Positions 39,718 to 50,263 are shown, counted from the first letter of the stretch. The stretch: DNA of 64,000 nucleotides from a bacterium (GCA_030429765.1 JAUIER010000005.1:3175-67174); one strand, 5' to 3'. The notes: generated from the letters alone by a model not told the origin. A program made the numbers and translations.

Positions 39718-41238
39718 CTAATAATTATGCAATGATCGACGGTTCAACGCCGTCAATACCTGGTCCAGATTGTCTTTATACAGTGTTTCGAAGATCATCG
39801 GGTCGGGAACACGTTGATACATCCGTAAGGCCTCGGCGTAGCGCCCCTGATCGGCCAACGCCTTGCCGGCCCCCACCAGCGCGTCGACATTCAGCGGATC
39901 GACGAGCAGCGACTGTTTGTAGTGAAATTCGGCCTTATCAAACTTTTGGGCGTAGGCGAAACACACGGCCAGCGAATTTCTCACCCGGATATTGCCCGGA
40001 TGATGTTCCAGCGACCGCTGAAACATGGCCACTTGATTGGTCGCGTAGATGTTCTGCTGAAGCAGTGTCACAAACAAGTACAGCGCGTAGCCGCCGATCA
40101 CGAACACCTGAATGCGCGGATTGAGCCGGACGCGCTCGGTGAACAGCCAGTTCACGGCAAACACAAGGATCATCAGCAATCCCAGCACCGGCAGATACAA
40201 AAAGTGATCGGCCGTTGAGATACGGTCCTGCGGCGCGCGGATCGGGATGATCTGCATCACCGTTAAAAAATTGATCACGGTCCAGATCAATCCAAACTGA
40301 ATCACCGGACTCATCCGTTTCCAGCACACCGCGATCACGATCAGGATCACCGCCCAGACGCCCAACACCATCCATGCCTGCGGCGTCATCGACAAAAACA
40401 ACGGCGTGGTATGATCATAATAAAACTCCACCGGCAGCGCCGACTGCGCCACATACGTCAACGCCGTGCGCGCAAAGGTCAATACCCCCAGCCCAAGCTC
40501 AGCCGGCGTCGCCCAGAAATTCATGGCATTGATCCCCAACCCGCGGCGAACCATCAAATAGAGCATCGCCGCTAGCGCGTATGGCCATAAATTCACGATG
40601 GACGCAATCCTGTTCTGCCGCTTAAAGATCCACACATACGCGGCAAGAACGCCCGGCAGCACAATCGCCGATTCTTTGGACAACAATGCTCCTAAGTAAC
40701 AAATCAATGATATCAGTAAAAATCCCATTCCCCGCTCCGCCGCCAGCCTGCGCTGGAAAAAAACAAACGCCGCGAGAAAAAAAGTCGAACATAAAATGAT
40801 CGAGCGTCCCGGGATATTCGCCACCGCCTCCCAGTGGACAGGATGAATCAGATAAAACAGGGCGCACAAAAAGGCCAGCTGACGCGTAGCCATAATCCGG
40901 CACAGGATCAAAAAGGCTAGAAACGCGTTGGTGATATGCAATCCAACATTGGTAAGGTTATAGAAAAACGAGTTGAGCCCGAACAGCTGATGCTCAATCA
41001 GGAAGGTCACCAGCACCATCGGCCGGTAATACGAATTTCCGTGGAAAAATGAGGTGGTGAAGATCTCGTCGAGCTGATCCCACCCATGGACGCGCGGATT
41101 ATTGATGATCGAGATCTGATCGTCCATGGTCTTGAACTGCGTGGGCAGGATCACGGCGTAGGCCGCCAGCCCCACCAGGGCGAGGATCAGATAGACTTTT
41201 TTTGAGGACTGAAGCCAGTTGTTCAGCAAATCAATCAT
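39718..41238 (-). CDS. Polytopic membrane GT-C glycosyltransferase of TMTC/PMT-like type (DUF1736-like) with C-terminal TPR repeats.
   Basis: ~11 predicted TM helices, SYYRP motif in the first loop, C-terminal TPR consensus (AEFHYKQSLLVDPLNVDALVGAGKALADQGRYAEALRMYQR). Confidence 0.55.
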   Translation of the reverse strand: MIDLLNNWLQSSKKVYLILALVGLAAYAVILPTQFKTMDDQISIINNPRVHGWDQLDEIFTTSFFHGNSYYRPMVLVTFLIEHQLFGLNSFFYNLTNVGLHITNAFLAFLILCRIMATRQLAFLCALFYLIHPVHWEAVANIPGRSIILCSTFFLAAFVFFQRRLAAERGMGFLLISLICYLGALLSKESAIVLPGVLAAYVWIFKRQNRIASIVNLWPYALAAMLYLMVRRGLGINAMNFWATPAELGLGVLTFARTALTYVAQSALPVEFYYDHTTPLFLSMTPQAWMVLGVWAVILIVIAVCWKRMSPVIQFGLIWTVINFLTVMQIIPIRAPQDRISTADHFLYLPVLGLLMILVFAVNWLFTERVRLNPRIQVFVIGGYALYLFVTLLQQNIYATNQVAMFQRSLEHHPGNIRVRNSLAVCFAYAQKFDKAEFHYKQSLLVDPLNVDALVGAGKALADQGRYAEALRMYQRVPDPMIFETLYKDNLDQVLTALNRRSLHNY

Positions 41239-41289
41239 GCGGATTGTCTCGACGCCGGGACAGGGCGTCCGGTTGATACCACATCCGCG

Positions 41290-41688
41290 TTATTCAGGGA
41301 TAGTCAGTTTCTGGGAGTCTTTGCGGATAAATCTGGGGCCGATACGGATCTCTTCCAAACCAAAACTCGCGCCTTGTTCACGGACCACAAAGTACAGCAG
41401 ATAATTCCGGTCCGGATATCCGAACAGGTCCACATCCACCGTCACAATGTAACTGCCGTCCGGTTGTTCATTGACATTCCCCAGGATGCCGTAGAGCTCA
41501 AACCATTCCTCGGCGCCGGTCTCGGGATGTTTGAGATTAAAGATCCCACTATCCTTGGACTCGGTCATGATAAATTCTTTGGTGAACTCGAGCATCGCCG
41601 CCTGCCGTTCGGGCGTCAGCGCCGCCGATAGACTCGGGACAGAGCCGAACAGAAACAGAACCGTCAATAAACACAAAAAACCGCGCAT
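41290..41688 (-). CDS. Secreted hypothetical protein (start at internal ATG with AGGA RBS).
   Basis: Signal peptide MRGFLCLLTVLFLFGSVPSLSAA. Confidence 0.45.
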   Translation of the reverse strand: MRGFLCLLTVLFLFGSVPSLSAALTPERQAAMLEFTKEFIMTESKDSGIFNLKHPETGAEEWFELYGILGNVNEQPDGSYIVTVDVDLFGYPDRNYLLYFVVREQGASFGLEEIRIGPRFIRKDSQKLTIPE

Positions 41689-41797
41689 GTTGGTCATCCT
41701 TGTCGATAAATCGTCCGTATTTGCTAGTATTGTACTGGGAATCCCCGTCGATTTCAATCGGGAAAATGGGAAAAGGTGGTCTTGAAAATACTGATTT

Positions 41798-42451
41798 TTA
41801 TCGATTTGGAGGTACAACTGGCGAATCGTCCAGATCCATATTATCTATTGTCTTATCGGGCATCCAACAGAATTCTATATCTCCTACGCCTCCGGATCCC
41901 TCAAAATCACTCCGAAGATGAAAATGCGATTGGGTGGACTTCATCTTCTCCAAGGCAGCGATCAGGCAATCGATCTGCTGGGTTTTCATACCAATTGTGA
42001 TCCCGTACCAACCAGTTTTGAAATTTTCAATATCAGCTCTCATATGATCCTCACAGGGATGGCATTCAGATTCACCATCATTACGATTGGTACTCAGCAA
42101 TGGATGAACTTACCAATCACATTTGTATTGCAGAAACCCATTAAATTTTTGGACGATACTCGTCCAATCTTTACAATCTTGCGCATACATGAATAGCTTT
42201 TCCAATCGATTTCTTATACTGTCCCAGTCAAATTCATGAAGAACCATGGTGTTCTGGATAAAAGTCAAACTATCCAATTTCGCCAAACTTGATGGAGACA
42301 TAACCCGAAAAACAAAACAGTGATGCTCTATTTGACCAACTCCCGATAAAACAACATAAATCCAGATTTCAAAATCCGTGGAATTTTCGGGAAGCCCGCT
42401 TCTGCTGGGTTGAAGATCATCACTCCACATGTCGTCGATTTGAAGCTTCAT
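41798..42451 (-). CDS. Two adjacent small hypothetical ORFs (42110..42451 and 41798..42100) in an AT-rich islet; possibly one frameshifted gene.
   Basis: Two ORFs separated by 9 bp in different frames; composition differs from flanking genes. Confidence 0.25.
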
Positions 42452-42508
42452 ATGTTCATAATTCTACTTCCAACAACCGTTCGTGTCCACTTCCATGAAA
42501 ATACAGAT

Positions 42509-43327
42509 TTACTTTCTGCCCGAAACTCTGGTCAGGGCGATGCCAGCCAGCAGCACCCCAAAGACACACACCACACTGGGTCCGGTTGGCAGGTCCAGCC
42601 CGTAGGAGACAATCATGCCCAGCACGCTGCCGATCATCCCGATGATCCATCCGAGGATCAAACGAGATTTGAGATCATCCGTCAGGATCATCGCGCAGAC
42701 GGCCGGGATGACCAGAAATGAAAAGACTAAATACACGCCCGCGATCTTGACCGAACTGGTGACAACCAGCCCAAACGTCGCGTAAAACAAAAAGTCCCAA
42801 CCCCGAACATTTAATCCCTGTCGAAATGCCAGTTTGGGAGACGCCGAAATCAGACTGAACGGCTTACGGAAAATATAATGCAACGCCCCCACGATCACAT
42901 AGATCACAAACATCTGAAACACCTCAGCCCCGCTGACCAGCAGCACATTGCCGACGAGTGATTGGCGAATGTGTTCCATACCTTCACCGGAAAAGCTCAA
43001 GACAATCATCATCAGGGCCGACGACACGATGTAAACGATACCGATGATCGCCTCCTGGGGAACGGTTTGATGTTTGAACCGGGTCATGGCGAACAGGCCG
43101 GCCCCGACGAGGGTAAAGCCCAGGGCGATCAAATAGCCCGGCAGACTATCCAGACCAAAACCCAGGACAAGCGCGATACTCGCGCCAAGCACAGCAATCT
43201 GCGCCAGCGCCAGGTCCACAAAAATAACCTGGCGCTGGATCACATGTAATCCCAAATAGGCATGAATACCCGTCAACACAAAACAGGCTAGTAACGGCAT
43301 CAGCATAATCTGGAAAAAATCGATCAT
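42509..43327 (-). CDS. znuB: Metal (Zn/Mn) ABC transporter permease, ABC-3 family.
   Basis: MIDFFQIMLMPLLACFVLTGIHAYLGLHVIQRQVIFVDLALAQIAVLGA is the typical ZnuB/MntB N-terminus; ~8 TM. Confidence 0.8.
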   Translation of the reverse strand: MIDFFQIMLMPLLACFVLTGIHAYLGLHVIQRQVIFVDLALAQIAVLGASIALVLGFGLDSLPGYLIALGFTLVGAGLFAMTRFKHQTVPQEAIIGIVYIVSSALMMIVLSFSGEGMEHIRQSLVGNVLLVSGAEVFQMFVIYVIVGALHYIFRKPFSLISASPKLAFRQGLNVRGWDFLFYATFGLVVTSSVKIAGVYLVFSFLVIPAVCAMILTDDLKSRLILGWIIGMIGSVLGMIVSYGLDLPTGPSVVCVFGVLLAGIALTRVSGRK

Positions 43328-44235
43328 AGACGGAATCCTTTAGCGACACCTTGCACAATCTGGTCCATCAACGAAAAGTAATCGTCCGCTGATTTCGTCC
43401 CTCCGACGGAGACCGGCGCCTTCACCACGTTCGCGCTTGTTCGATCGGCTATAAATTGAGCCGCGTCCGTTTTATAGATGTTCTCATTGAGGATCACCCG
43501 CACATGATTGTCTTTGACCACTTGCACAATCTTTTTGAGATGGGACGGTGATGGCGGCACACCGGGTTTTGACTCCAGCTCGCCGATCACATCCAGATTG
43601 AACCGTTCAGCAAAATACGACCACGACTGATGATACGTAATGATCTTCTCGCCCGAATATGGCGACAGGACACGCTGCCACTCCGCCATCTTCAAATCAA
43701 TCTGACGATTAAAGGCGGTCAGATTGGCATTGAATTCAGATTCATACTCAGGTGCAATCTCCGACAGACGCGAGGCAATGTCGTGGGCGACCGTCTTCAT
43801 ATTCATCGGATCCAGCCAGTAATGCGGATTGCCGTGGGCATGAATGTCTCCCATGGACCGGTCGACTTCATGCGGCACATCCATCGGATGAATATTGGCG
43901 GACGCGTCCAGATGCCCGCGCCGTCCGACGCGGATATCCGGATTGCGGGCCCCTTCGAGGATCAATGACTCATAACCGATTTCCAGATCAAACCCAACGC
44001 GTACAAACAGGTCGGCCTTTTTGGCCTTCATCATGTACGACGGTTTGGCTTGAAGGAAATGATAGTTCTGATGTCCGGATCCAAGGCTATACACCTTGAC
44101 CCGATCGCCTCCGATGTGTTCGACCACACTTTTGAGATCGGCGGTTGTGGTCACCACGTTAATCGTACTGGCCGATACCGGAGCGGACGCACAACAAAGA
44201 CATACCAAAAATGCTAAACGTAATATGTTTCGCAT
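43324..44235 (-). CDS. znuA: Metal ABC transporter substrate-binding protein (ZnuA/TroA family).
   Basis: Signal peptide; His-rich metal-binding loop (DIHAHGNPHYW); ITYHQSWSYFAERF motif; overlaps znuB by 4 nt. Confidence 0.8.
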   Translation of the reverse strand: MRNILRLAFLVCLCCASAPVSASTINVVTTTADLKSVVEHIGGDRVKVYSLGSGHQNYHFLQAKPSYMMKAKKADLFVRVGFDLEIGYESLILEGARNPDIRVGRRGHLDASANIHPMDVPHEVDRSMGDIHAHGNPHYWLDPMNMKTVAHDIASRLSEIAPEYESEFNANLTAFNRQIDLKMAEWQRVLSPYSGEKIITYHQSWSYFAERFNLDVIGELESKPGVPPSPSHLKKIVQVVKDNHVRVILNENIYKTDAAQFIADRTSANVVKAPVSVGGTKSADDYFSLMDQIVQGVAKGFRL

Positions 44236-44246
44236 AGTTTCCTCCT

Positions 44247-45470
44247 TTACCGGTACGCATGCGGTTTGTGCGGCCCAATCGAGAAGTCTAACTGAAACCA
44301 GACGGTGTTATCATCCGCCGACATTTCATTGTCCGTGTGAGTATACATCACACGCCAGAAAACGTACTCGCTTTGCGCGAAGGTCAGACCAGCCGAATAG
44401 GCGTGCGTGTCTTCGTTGGATGCCGTCGGGGTTTGACTAAAGTCGTATCGGCCAAACGCCCACCATCGATCCGTCAGCTGCTGCTCCAGCGACGTAAACA
44501 TCCCCCAGGAATTGATATCATTCCCCATGGCTTGCTCACGCGTATTAAACACGGCTTCTGTATGGGATGTCGTCCGACGCTGATCGAATAACTCTGTATT
44601 GACCGTGACATCGAAACCAGATAGATGTGTTTCGGCACCGTTCCCCAATCCATTTTCGCCAAAGGCATAACTCGCCCCGACTTCCAAGGACGTGATATCG
44701 GTCAATTCGAAAAAGTTTTTCCAGTGTCCTAGATAGATGGTCTCGCCTTCTTCACCGCCACCGAAGACGGTCCCGCCATTATTGACGGCTTCAAGGGTGA
44801 TTTCCGAAAAGATATCGGCCGGATTTGGAATCAAGTAGCTCAAACTCGCACCGGCTTCACTAAACCCTTCTTCGCCGAAGAAATTCTGGACCACCAACGG
44901 ATAATTGGTCCACGGCAATTGATGCAAATGCATCCGGTTGGCCTTGCCGAAGAACGGCCGAAACTTACCGAACTTACCCTGCAAATTGGCAATCGGAGTT
45001 TCCAACAAGGTCAGATAGCCCTCCTCGATCGCAACTACGGTATCACCGTCTTCATTCTCGACGGCCACAATCACATCCGCGCGTGCCCAGGTATCCACAT
45101 TGGCCGAGAAGGCAATTTCCACTTCACGCAGGTTGAAGTCATTATCGCCTTCGCCGCCGTTATCATCCGCCTTGTAGACGAAATCGCCGATCACACTCAC
45201 CTCGGGGTTCAAGGTCGAAAGGATTCCTTTGGACTCTTCGTCACGGGCCTGCTTGAATTTGTCAAAGCTGGCCTGCAGCTCCTGGATGGTTTCCTGATCT
45301 TCGCGGGCCTGCACGTGCTTTTCTTGTTCGAGTTCCTGAATGCGGTTTTCCATCACACGCATTTGCCGCTGCATTTGCCGCATCATTTGTTTTAATTCGG
45401 ATAATTCATCGGCCCACACCGGCGATCCCGCCAGCACAAACACGATGATCAATAATAGTACTTTTTGCAT
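44247..45470 (-). CDS. Putative outer-membrane beta-barrel porin with N-terminal coiled coil.
   Basis: Signal peptide, coiled coil (LSELKQMMRQMQRQMRVMENRIQELEQEK), then alternating beta-strand pattern ending in an aromatic residue. Confidence 0.45.
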   Translation of the reverse strand: MQKVLLLIIVFVLAGSPVWADELSELKQMMRQMQRQMRVMENRIQELEQEKHVQAREDQETIQELQASFDKFKQARDEESKGILSTLNPEVSVIGDFVYKADDNGGEGDNDFNLREVEIAFSANVDTWARADVIVAVENEDGDTVVAIEEGYLTLLETPIANLQGKFGKFRPFFGKANRMHLHQLPWTNYPLVVQNFFGEEGFSEAGASLSYLIPNPADIFSEITLEAVNNGGTVFGGGEEGETIYLGHWKNFFELTDITSLEVGASYAFGENGLGNGAETHLSGFDVTVNTELFDQRRTTSHTEAVFNTREQAMGNDINSWGMFTSLEQQLTDRWWAFGRYDFSQTPTASNEDTHAYSAGLTFAQSEYVFWRVMYTHTDNEMSADDNTVWFQLDFSIGPHKPHAYR

Positions 45471-45534
45471 GAATCATCTCCTGTTGATACACGTTGATTG
45501 TCTTATTCAAAGGTGCTGCTTGAGGTAAGGTGTA

Positions 45535-45939
45535 TCAAACCATTGGAGGCGCTCGAAGAGCTGGCAGGAAAAAGGATGTCCCATTAAGCTCGGGACGGCA
45601 GGAATTACATGGAATGAATTCGATCCGGATCTGTATCGTGGCCGCGATCACCACGAAGACAATCATCGCCTGGACCAGGAACTGATACAGCGGACAGTCC
45701 TCCCGGTCGCCATCCGCCGGCACGTGACCGGCTGGTGCAGCATGAGCGTGTCCCGCCGAATGGTCGCACACGGTGTCATGATTGTGCACTAGATCATGCA
45801 CAAACTCGCCCCCCACGGATAAAAAAGCAAATCCGAGAACGGCCAGACAAACCAGACACTTGAGAAACAGATTAGATTTTTTACGCATATTTTGAATCAT
45901 ATGAAAGTTGGGTCTATCAAACTGGCTTTGTGTTGTCAA
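45535..45939 (-). CDS. His-rich putative metal-binding membrane protein.
   Basis: TM helix then HDLVHNHDTVCDHSAGHAHAAPAGHVPADGDREDC. Confidence 0.35.
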   Translation of the reverse strand: MTTQSQFDRPNFHMIQNMRKKSNLFLKCLVCLAVLGFAFLSVGGEFVHDLVHNHDTVCDHSAGHAHAAPAGHVPADGDREDCPLYQFLVQAMIVFVVIAATIQIRIEFIPCNSCRPELNGTSFFLPALRAPPMV

Positions 45940-45945
45940 AGTATC

Positions 45946-46350
45946 CTATGATTTGGAGGCCTGACATTTAGGGCACGATTCACACATCTTTAAATTCAGA
46001 AAGTGTGTGGCAATCAATAAAATACCCACGACCATCGCGACGAACGGCTCCGCCGAGTCTCCGAATATTCCCTTGTTCAGCGACAAGGCAAAACCCATGG
46101 CCAGCGGAATAAATACCGCACCGTGCTTATGCTTGAACGCAAACTGGTAAAATGTAACCACGGCACAGAGCCCGAAGGTGACATTCCACGACCAGAACTC
46201 AAAACTCTCGGACGCGATAAAACTCAGATTCAGCAGGACCAGGGCCGGCAAAATAAACGGCACCAGCAGACAATGGACCGCACAGATCCCGGATAGGACG
46301 ATTCCCAATTGATCCAGTTTGGTTGCAGATTTCTTTAAAGCAAAATTCAT
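45946..46350 (-). CDS. MerC-like metal transport membrane protein.
   Basis: GICAVHCLLVPF resembles the MerC-family Cys motif; 4 predicted TM; C-terminal CESCPKC. Confidence 0.4.
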   Translation of the reverse strand: MNFALKKSATKLDQLGIVLSGICAVHCLLVPFILPALVLLNLSFIASESFEFWSWNVTFGLCAVVTFYQFAFKHKHGAVFIPLAMGFALSLNKGIFGDSAEPFVAMVVGILLIATHFLNLKMCESCPKCQASKS

Positions 46351-46387
46351 GTTCGTCTCCCGTGTTTTTACTTCTTTCTCTTAACAA

Positions 46388-46690
46388 TTAGTGATGATCA
46401 TGACATTCACCCACCACCATTTCGTGACACTCCTCGCATTCGGTGAGATCATGCGAAGCGACCAAGGCCTCCCAATGCTTCTTTCTGTGACCATTCAATA
46501 CCCCTGTCCCCTTGCAGAACGGACAGGCACTATCCAGGGCCGCCAATACCGCATTTCGAATAAATTCAGATCGATTCGACACCCCGGCCAACATCTGTTT
46601 CAACGACTTTTCCACCTTAAACGTAACCACTTCAAGATCATTTGACTCTGGCATAACGCCCTCCTCTTGGTAATACTGGGTATTATCCAT
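46388..46690 (-). CDS. Ribbon-helix-helix (NikR/CopG-like) metal-responsive regulator with Cys/His-rich C-terminus.
   Basis: VVTFKVEKSLKQMLAGVSNRSEFIRNAVLAAL = RHH; CPFCKG ... ECEECHEMVVGECHDHH. Confidence 0.55.
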   Translation of the reverse strand: MDNTQYYQEEGVMPESNDLEVVTFKVEKSLKQMLAGVSNRSEFIRNAVLAALDSACPFCKGTGVLNGHRKKHWEALVASHDLTECEECHEMVVGECHDHH

Positions 46691-47140
46691 AAACTGACCA
46701 ATTCGTCAAGGGTAATTTAGACATTGCTATATCACATTGAAGTAATTGATCGGTTTGCCTGGGTGATCTGACACCCGGCATCGTTATTAGCGGCGGGGAT
46801 TCATATTATCAGTGTGGAATAGCTCCCTACTCAGTTAACTTTTCTTAACGAGCGTATTCCCGCAATAAGGAGTATTCCACCAAAAACAACGGCGACGAGC
46901 TGCCCAACCCCGTATGCCCCATCTCCAAACCCCGTTGTACATAATTTTACAATGCTATTAATGAGGATAAGTCCTCCCCAAATGGTGGCAATCCAGCCAA
47001 GAATTTTAATTTTCATATAGTCCTGTTCGTACGTATTATTCGAATCAAATATTTAAATTGCTTGGAAGCTAATTCAGGCATGCTAAAAGTGTCTGGAGAA
47101 TGTATGTCAGCGATTGCGAATATTTTTAGTTTCTTCATAT

Positions 47141-47965
47141 TTATTTTATGGATTTATACTCGCCAATATGAGCGCATCTCTGGTTATCATAAGACGACGC
47201 CAAACTCGAGACTAAACGACACTTCTCACAGAGAAAATCAAATTCCCAAAACTTTGCCTCATCTCTGGTAGCGTATTCCGTAGCCCATGAATCACCGCAT
47301 AACGGACATCTTCTTCTTTTTTCACCCTCAATTCTGCCCCAATATCGCATCATGTAATAGTATGTGGGTATTTTAGTTTTCTTCTCAATTATGGAACACA
47401 ACTCCCGTCCTGTCGTTGAAAGCTCCGTAGTTGGATCGGCCAATTCTTTATATGCGGGAATTTCTAACTTTCCAGAACCTATCCAAATTCCATCATGTAA
47501 TCTGTACGAACGTATCCAGAAATGTATATCTTCAATTTCCTGATCATCCAATGGCAATAAATACAATGGAATTTTCTCTTTACGATTGAGTTTATAAACA
47601 CAATTTACATAGCCAAACATATCAGTATATAAAACCAAACCTTTTGAGGAACGCCAATTGGGAAATCTTTTTGGCACTCTATCATCAACAATCTTCCAAG
47701 TGGGATTCTTACCAAATATATCAAATATTTTTTCAATATATCCTAGGCACCATTGACTATGATATTTTTCTAATAACGAATCAGGTCTTGTTAAATTAAC
47801 GAACGATTGCACTTGCCCATTGGTGTAACACCATGAATATTGTGACCCTGCGATCTGCCCTCTACGCATTAGTTGTGTTTGATAGTCTACAACTAAATCG
47901 TTTATTTTCTCATCCGATATGTTTTTTTTCGGTTTTCCGAAGTTGATTTTTGCTGTTATGCACAT
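47141..47965 (-). CDS. Hypothetical protein with C-terminal zinc ribbon (AT-rich islet).
   Basis: CPLCGDSW...(22 aa)...CEKCRL. Confidence 0.4.
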   Translation of the reverse strand: MCITAKINFGKPKKNISDEKINDLVVDYQTQLMRRGQIAGSQYSWCYTNGQVQSFVNLTRPDSLLEKYHSQWCLGYIEKIFDIFGKNPTWKIVDDRVPKRFPNWRSSKGLVLYTDMFGYVNCVYKLNRKEKIPLYLLPLDDQEIEDIHFWIRSYRLHDGIWIGSGKLEIPAYKELADPTTELSTTGRELCSIIEKKTKIPTYYYMMRYWGRIEGEKRRRCPLCGDSWATEYATRDEAKFWEFDFLCEKCRLVSSLASSYDNQRCAHIGEYKSIK

Positions 47966-48010
47966 TTTATTTACCTTACAACATATTACATATTAAGAAT
48001 CTAAACACTC

Positions 48011-48481
48011 CTAACTTAGGCTAATCTTGCCACTTTTCTCCAAATTCGAGATAGCCTTTAGTACGTTATTGCGATTCTTCGCCGACTTCACCCAATTAGG
48101 TAATCGGCTAACCATACTTCGGTTTGACCAACCATGGGAAAATCTCAGATTCTCCCGTAAGCTTGCTTCGACATAGGACTTTACCTTGAACATATGCTCA
48201 TAGTTAAAGAACCAAAGTGTTTTTCCGCAACAATTAACTTGAAGCCATAACAACTCACCAAAAAAGGGATCAACTGGTTTATAAGAAAACCCATATCCTG
48301 GACTGGACTTTAACTTATTCAAACCACAATGAGTACACACAAGTTTTCTATCGGAACTAATTTTGTGCAAATCAGCAGTCACAATCTGTGCCAATGCTGA
48401 ACATCGAGGACACTTAACCAAAATACGTGTCGTGTAGCTATATTTACTCAATCCATTGTCTTGAAATCTTTTTGGATACAT
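48011..48481 (-). CDS. Hypothetical protein with N-terminal zinc ribbon.
   Basis: CPRCSALAQ...(20 aa)...CTHCGL. Confidence 0.4.
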   Translation of the reverse strand: MYPKRFQDNGLSKYSYTTRILVKCPRCSALAQIVTADLHKISSDRKLVCTHCGLNKLKSSPGYGFSYKPVDPFFGELLWLQVNCCGKTLWFFNYEHMFKVKSYVEASLRENLRFSHGWSNRSMVSRLPNWVKSAKNRNNVLKAISNLEKSGKISLS

Positions 48482-48483
48482 TA

Positions 48484-49221
48484 CTATAACCTACCTTCGG
48501 TATTTGTGATCTTCGTCCATTCTTCAGTAATATTATTATACAGCTCCTTCACCCAATCCGGTTGATCTAAACCTGCCGCTAATTGATTCTTTCGCGGATC
48601 GGTCGGGGCAATAATGACCTGCACATAAGATATCCCAACCCGTTCTGAAATGATGAACAGCTCTTCGATAGCCTGATCCCCCATAGCCAGACATCCAATC
48701 GAAACATCCCGTCCGTGAATGAATATGTCGGACCCGGGATTGTCGCGCCCTTCAATCTCCGCCCATTTGAGGTCAAATGCATTGGGATAATTTAACTTCA
48801 TTGACAAGTGAAAGGAGCTATTCGGATTCAGGCCCACAACCTTGTATATTCCTTCAGGAACCTGCAGGTCACCTTCCCTGAGCTTAGGCCCTAGGACACC
48901 ACTGCTGCCTTGAATATCGTATGACTTGATAAATGACCATCTGTCTTGGTCATACGCCCAAAGCTCCATCCGCCGCTCATCCTTCATCGCTATCATCGCC
49001 AGCCCCTCAGGGGGATAGTCCACCCCTCTATTGTTGAAATATGGCCTTATTCTTGCTTCGACGTTCACTCCAAATTCACTTACAACGTCGGAAACCGTCC
49101 TTCTACCTTTTGCCTTCATGTATGCTCCATACCAAATATCTTTACTCAACAAAACCAGCATTGCCAAGCCTACTATAAAAAACAGGAGAATTTTACTTTG
49201 AGCAGCAGTTTTAGTCTTCAT
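48484..49221 (-). CDS. L,D-transpeptidase-like (YkuD/ErfK catalytic domain) periplasmic protein.
   Basis: LNYPNAFD...GSDIFIHGRDVSIGCLAMGDQAIEEL matches the YkuD His...S-x-GC catalytic pattern; N-terminal anchor. Confidence 0.5.
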   Translation of the reverse strand: MKTKTAAQSKILLFFIVGLAMLVLLSKDIWYGAYMKAKGRRTVSDVVSEFGVNVEARIRPYFNNRGVDYPPEGLAMIAMKDERRMELWAYDQDRWSFIKSYDIQGSSGVLGPKLREGDLQVPEGIYKVVGLNPNSSFHLSMKLNYPNAFDLKWAEIEGRDNPGSDIFIHGRDVSIGCLAMGDQAIEELFIISERVGISYVQVIIAPTDPRKNQLAAGLDQPDWVKELYNNITEEWTKITNTEGRL

Positions 49222-49442
49222 TTAATGGCCATATCCTCTAACGCGGAACCTTTACATCCATTCGAATTAATACGTTATTTGTTTTGACTTAATATATTTC
49301 CATTCCTGCTTCTATACGAGAACCTTGGAATAAAAAAACTCCCCCGTCAAATTGAATCATTTTCAGGGGGATTGATTTATTATAGGGGGATTATTATTTA
49401 CTGTCAAAAACGGTCTACCGTTGGAATAAACTTCAACAACAA

Positions 49443-49688
49443 CTAGGCTACATTATTCTCAAGTCCACTGAGAAAAACATGAACTTTTTCCTCTTTGGAG
49501 ACTCTTTTTACAAAAAATGGGACATTGCCAAACTGGGTTAAACCAGCTTTAAGGGCTTCTTTGTAGGACACATAAAAATTAACAATCTTCTCACCCTTAA
49601 TAAGAACAAACTCTCCCAAATGATTGGAAATAAAATCCTCTAGGTGATTCTGATATGTCTTATATTCTAACTCTAATTGATGTGCCAT
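49443..49688 (-). CDS. Small hypothetical protein.
   Basis: 81-aa ORF in an AT-rich context. Confidence 0.3.
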   Translation of the reverse strand: MAHQLELEYKTYQNHLEDFISNHLGEFVLIKGEKIVNFYVSYKEALKAGLTQFGNVPFFVKRVSKEEKVHVFLSGLENNVA

Positions 49689-49718
49689 TTTTCTCTACGT
49701 GTTTAGGTTATTTTAACA

Positions 49719-50012
49719 TTAATACCTAATAAAGGAATAATATTCTGTATGGTAATCGTACCCCCTATCACCCCACAAAGTATTTCCGAAAAAAGGCATG
49801 ACCAAAACTCGCTTTAGATACCGTTCAAACTTTATGGCCTTGGCCCGGGATTCAAAGGTAATATACACCTCAATATCCCAGGGCGCATAAAGTTTGGAAT
49901 AGGTTGATTTGCGGGCGTTGTGGGCTTTCAGGCGTTTTTCTAAATTGATTGTATAACCAATATAGTATTTGGATAAAAATTTAGTACTTTTGAGGATGTA
50001 GACGTAATGCAT
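49719..50012 (-). CDS. GIY-YIG nuclease-family protein (UPF0213/YhbQ-like).
   Basis: MHYVYILKSTKFLSKYYIGYTINLEKRLKAHN = GIY-(n)-YIG with R and the downstream E/N. Confidence 0.7.
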   Translation of the reverse strand: MHYVYILKSTKFLSKYYIGYTINLEKRLKAHNARKSTYSKLYAPWDIEVYITFESRAKAIKFERYLKRVLVMPFFGNTLWGDRGYDYHTEYYSFIRY

Positions 50013-50165
50013 TTGGTATATTTAAGGGGAAGAGAGTATATAATGGGGGGATTATGATAAGTGTCCTACTACGCCAAATACTTTGTCGGACTGACGTCCT
50101 CCTTCGTGTTTGGCTTCGTAGAACATTCTACGAAGCTCAAACAATTACAGAAATATGTCTATTTC

Positions 50166-50234
50166 GGTGATATGTCATGCCATAAAAAAAATACCGCGTT
50201 GAAGATTCGCGGTATTTTTTTTATGGCATGACAT
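50166..50234. repeat. Large perfect palindrome (30-bp arms GATATGTCATGCCATAAAAAAAATACCGCG, 9-bp loop) between the GIY-YIG gene and tRNA-Phe; a smaller hairpin tttttgggcgaagcccaaaaa follows at 50241..50261.
   Basis: Read directly. Confidence 0.8.
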
Positions 50235-50263
50235 ATCTGATTTTTGGGCTTCGCCCAAAAAAA

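Noticed and set aside
39666-40375. Several ORFs (39666..40124 +, 39922..40218 +, 39938..40375 -) inside the TMTC-like gene.
   Set aside because: They are Arg/Pro-rich translations typical of off-frame reading of GC-rich coding DNA, fully overlapping a long ORF with a coherent membrane topology.
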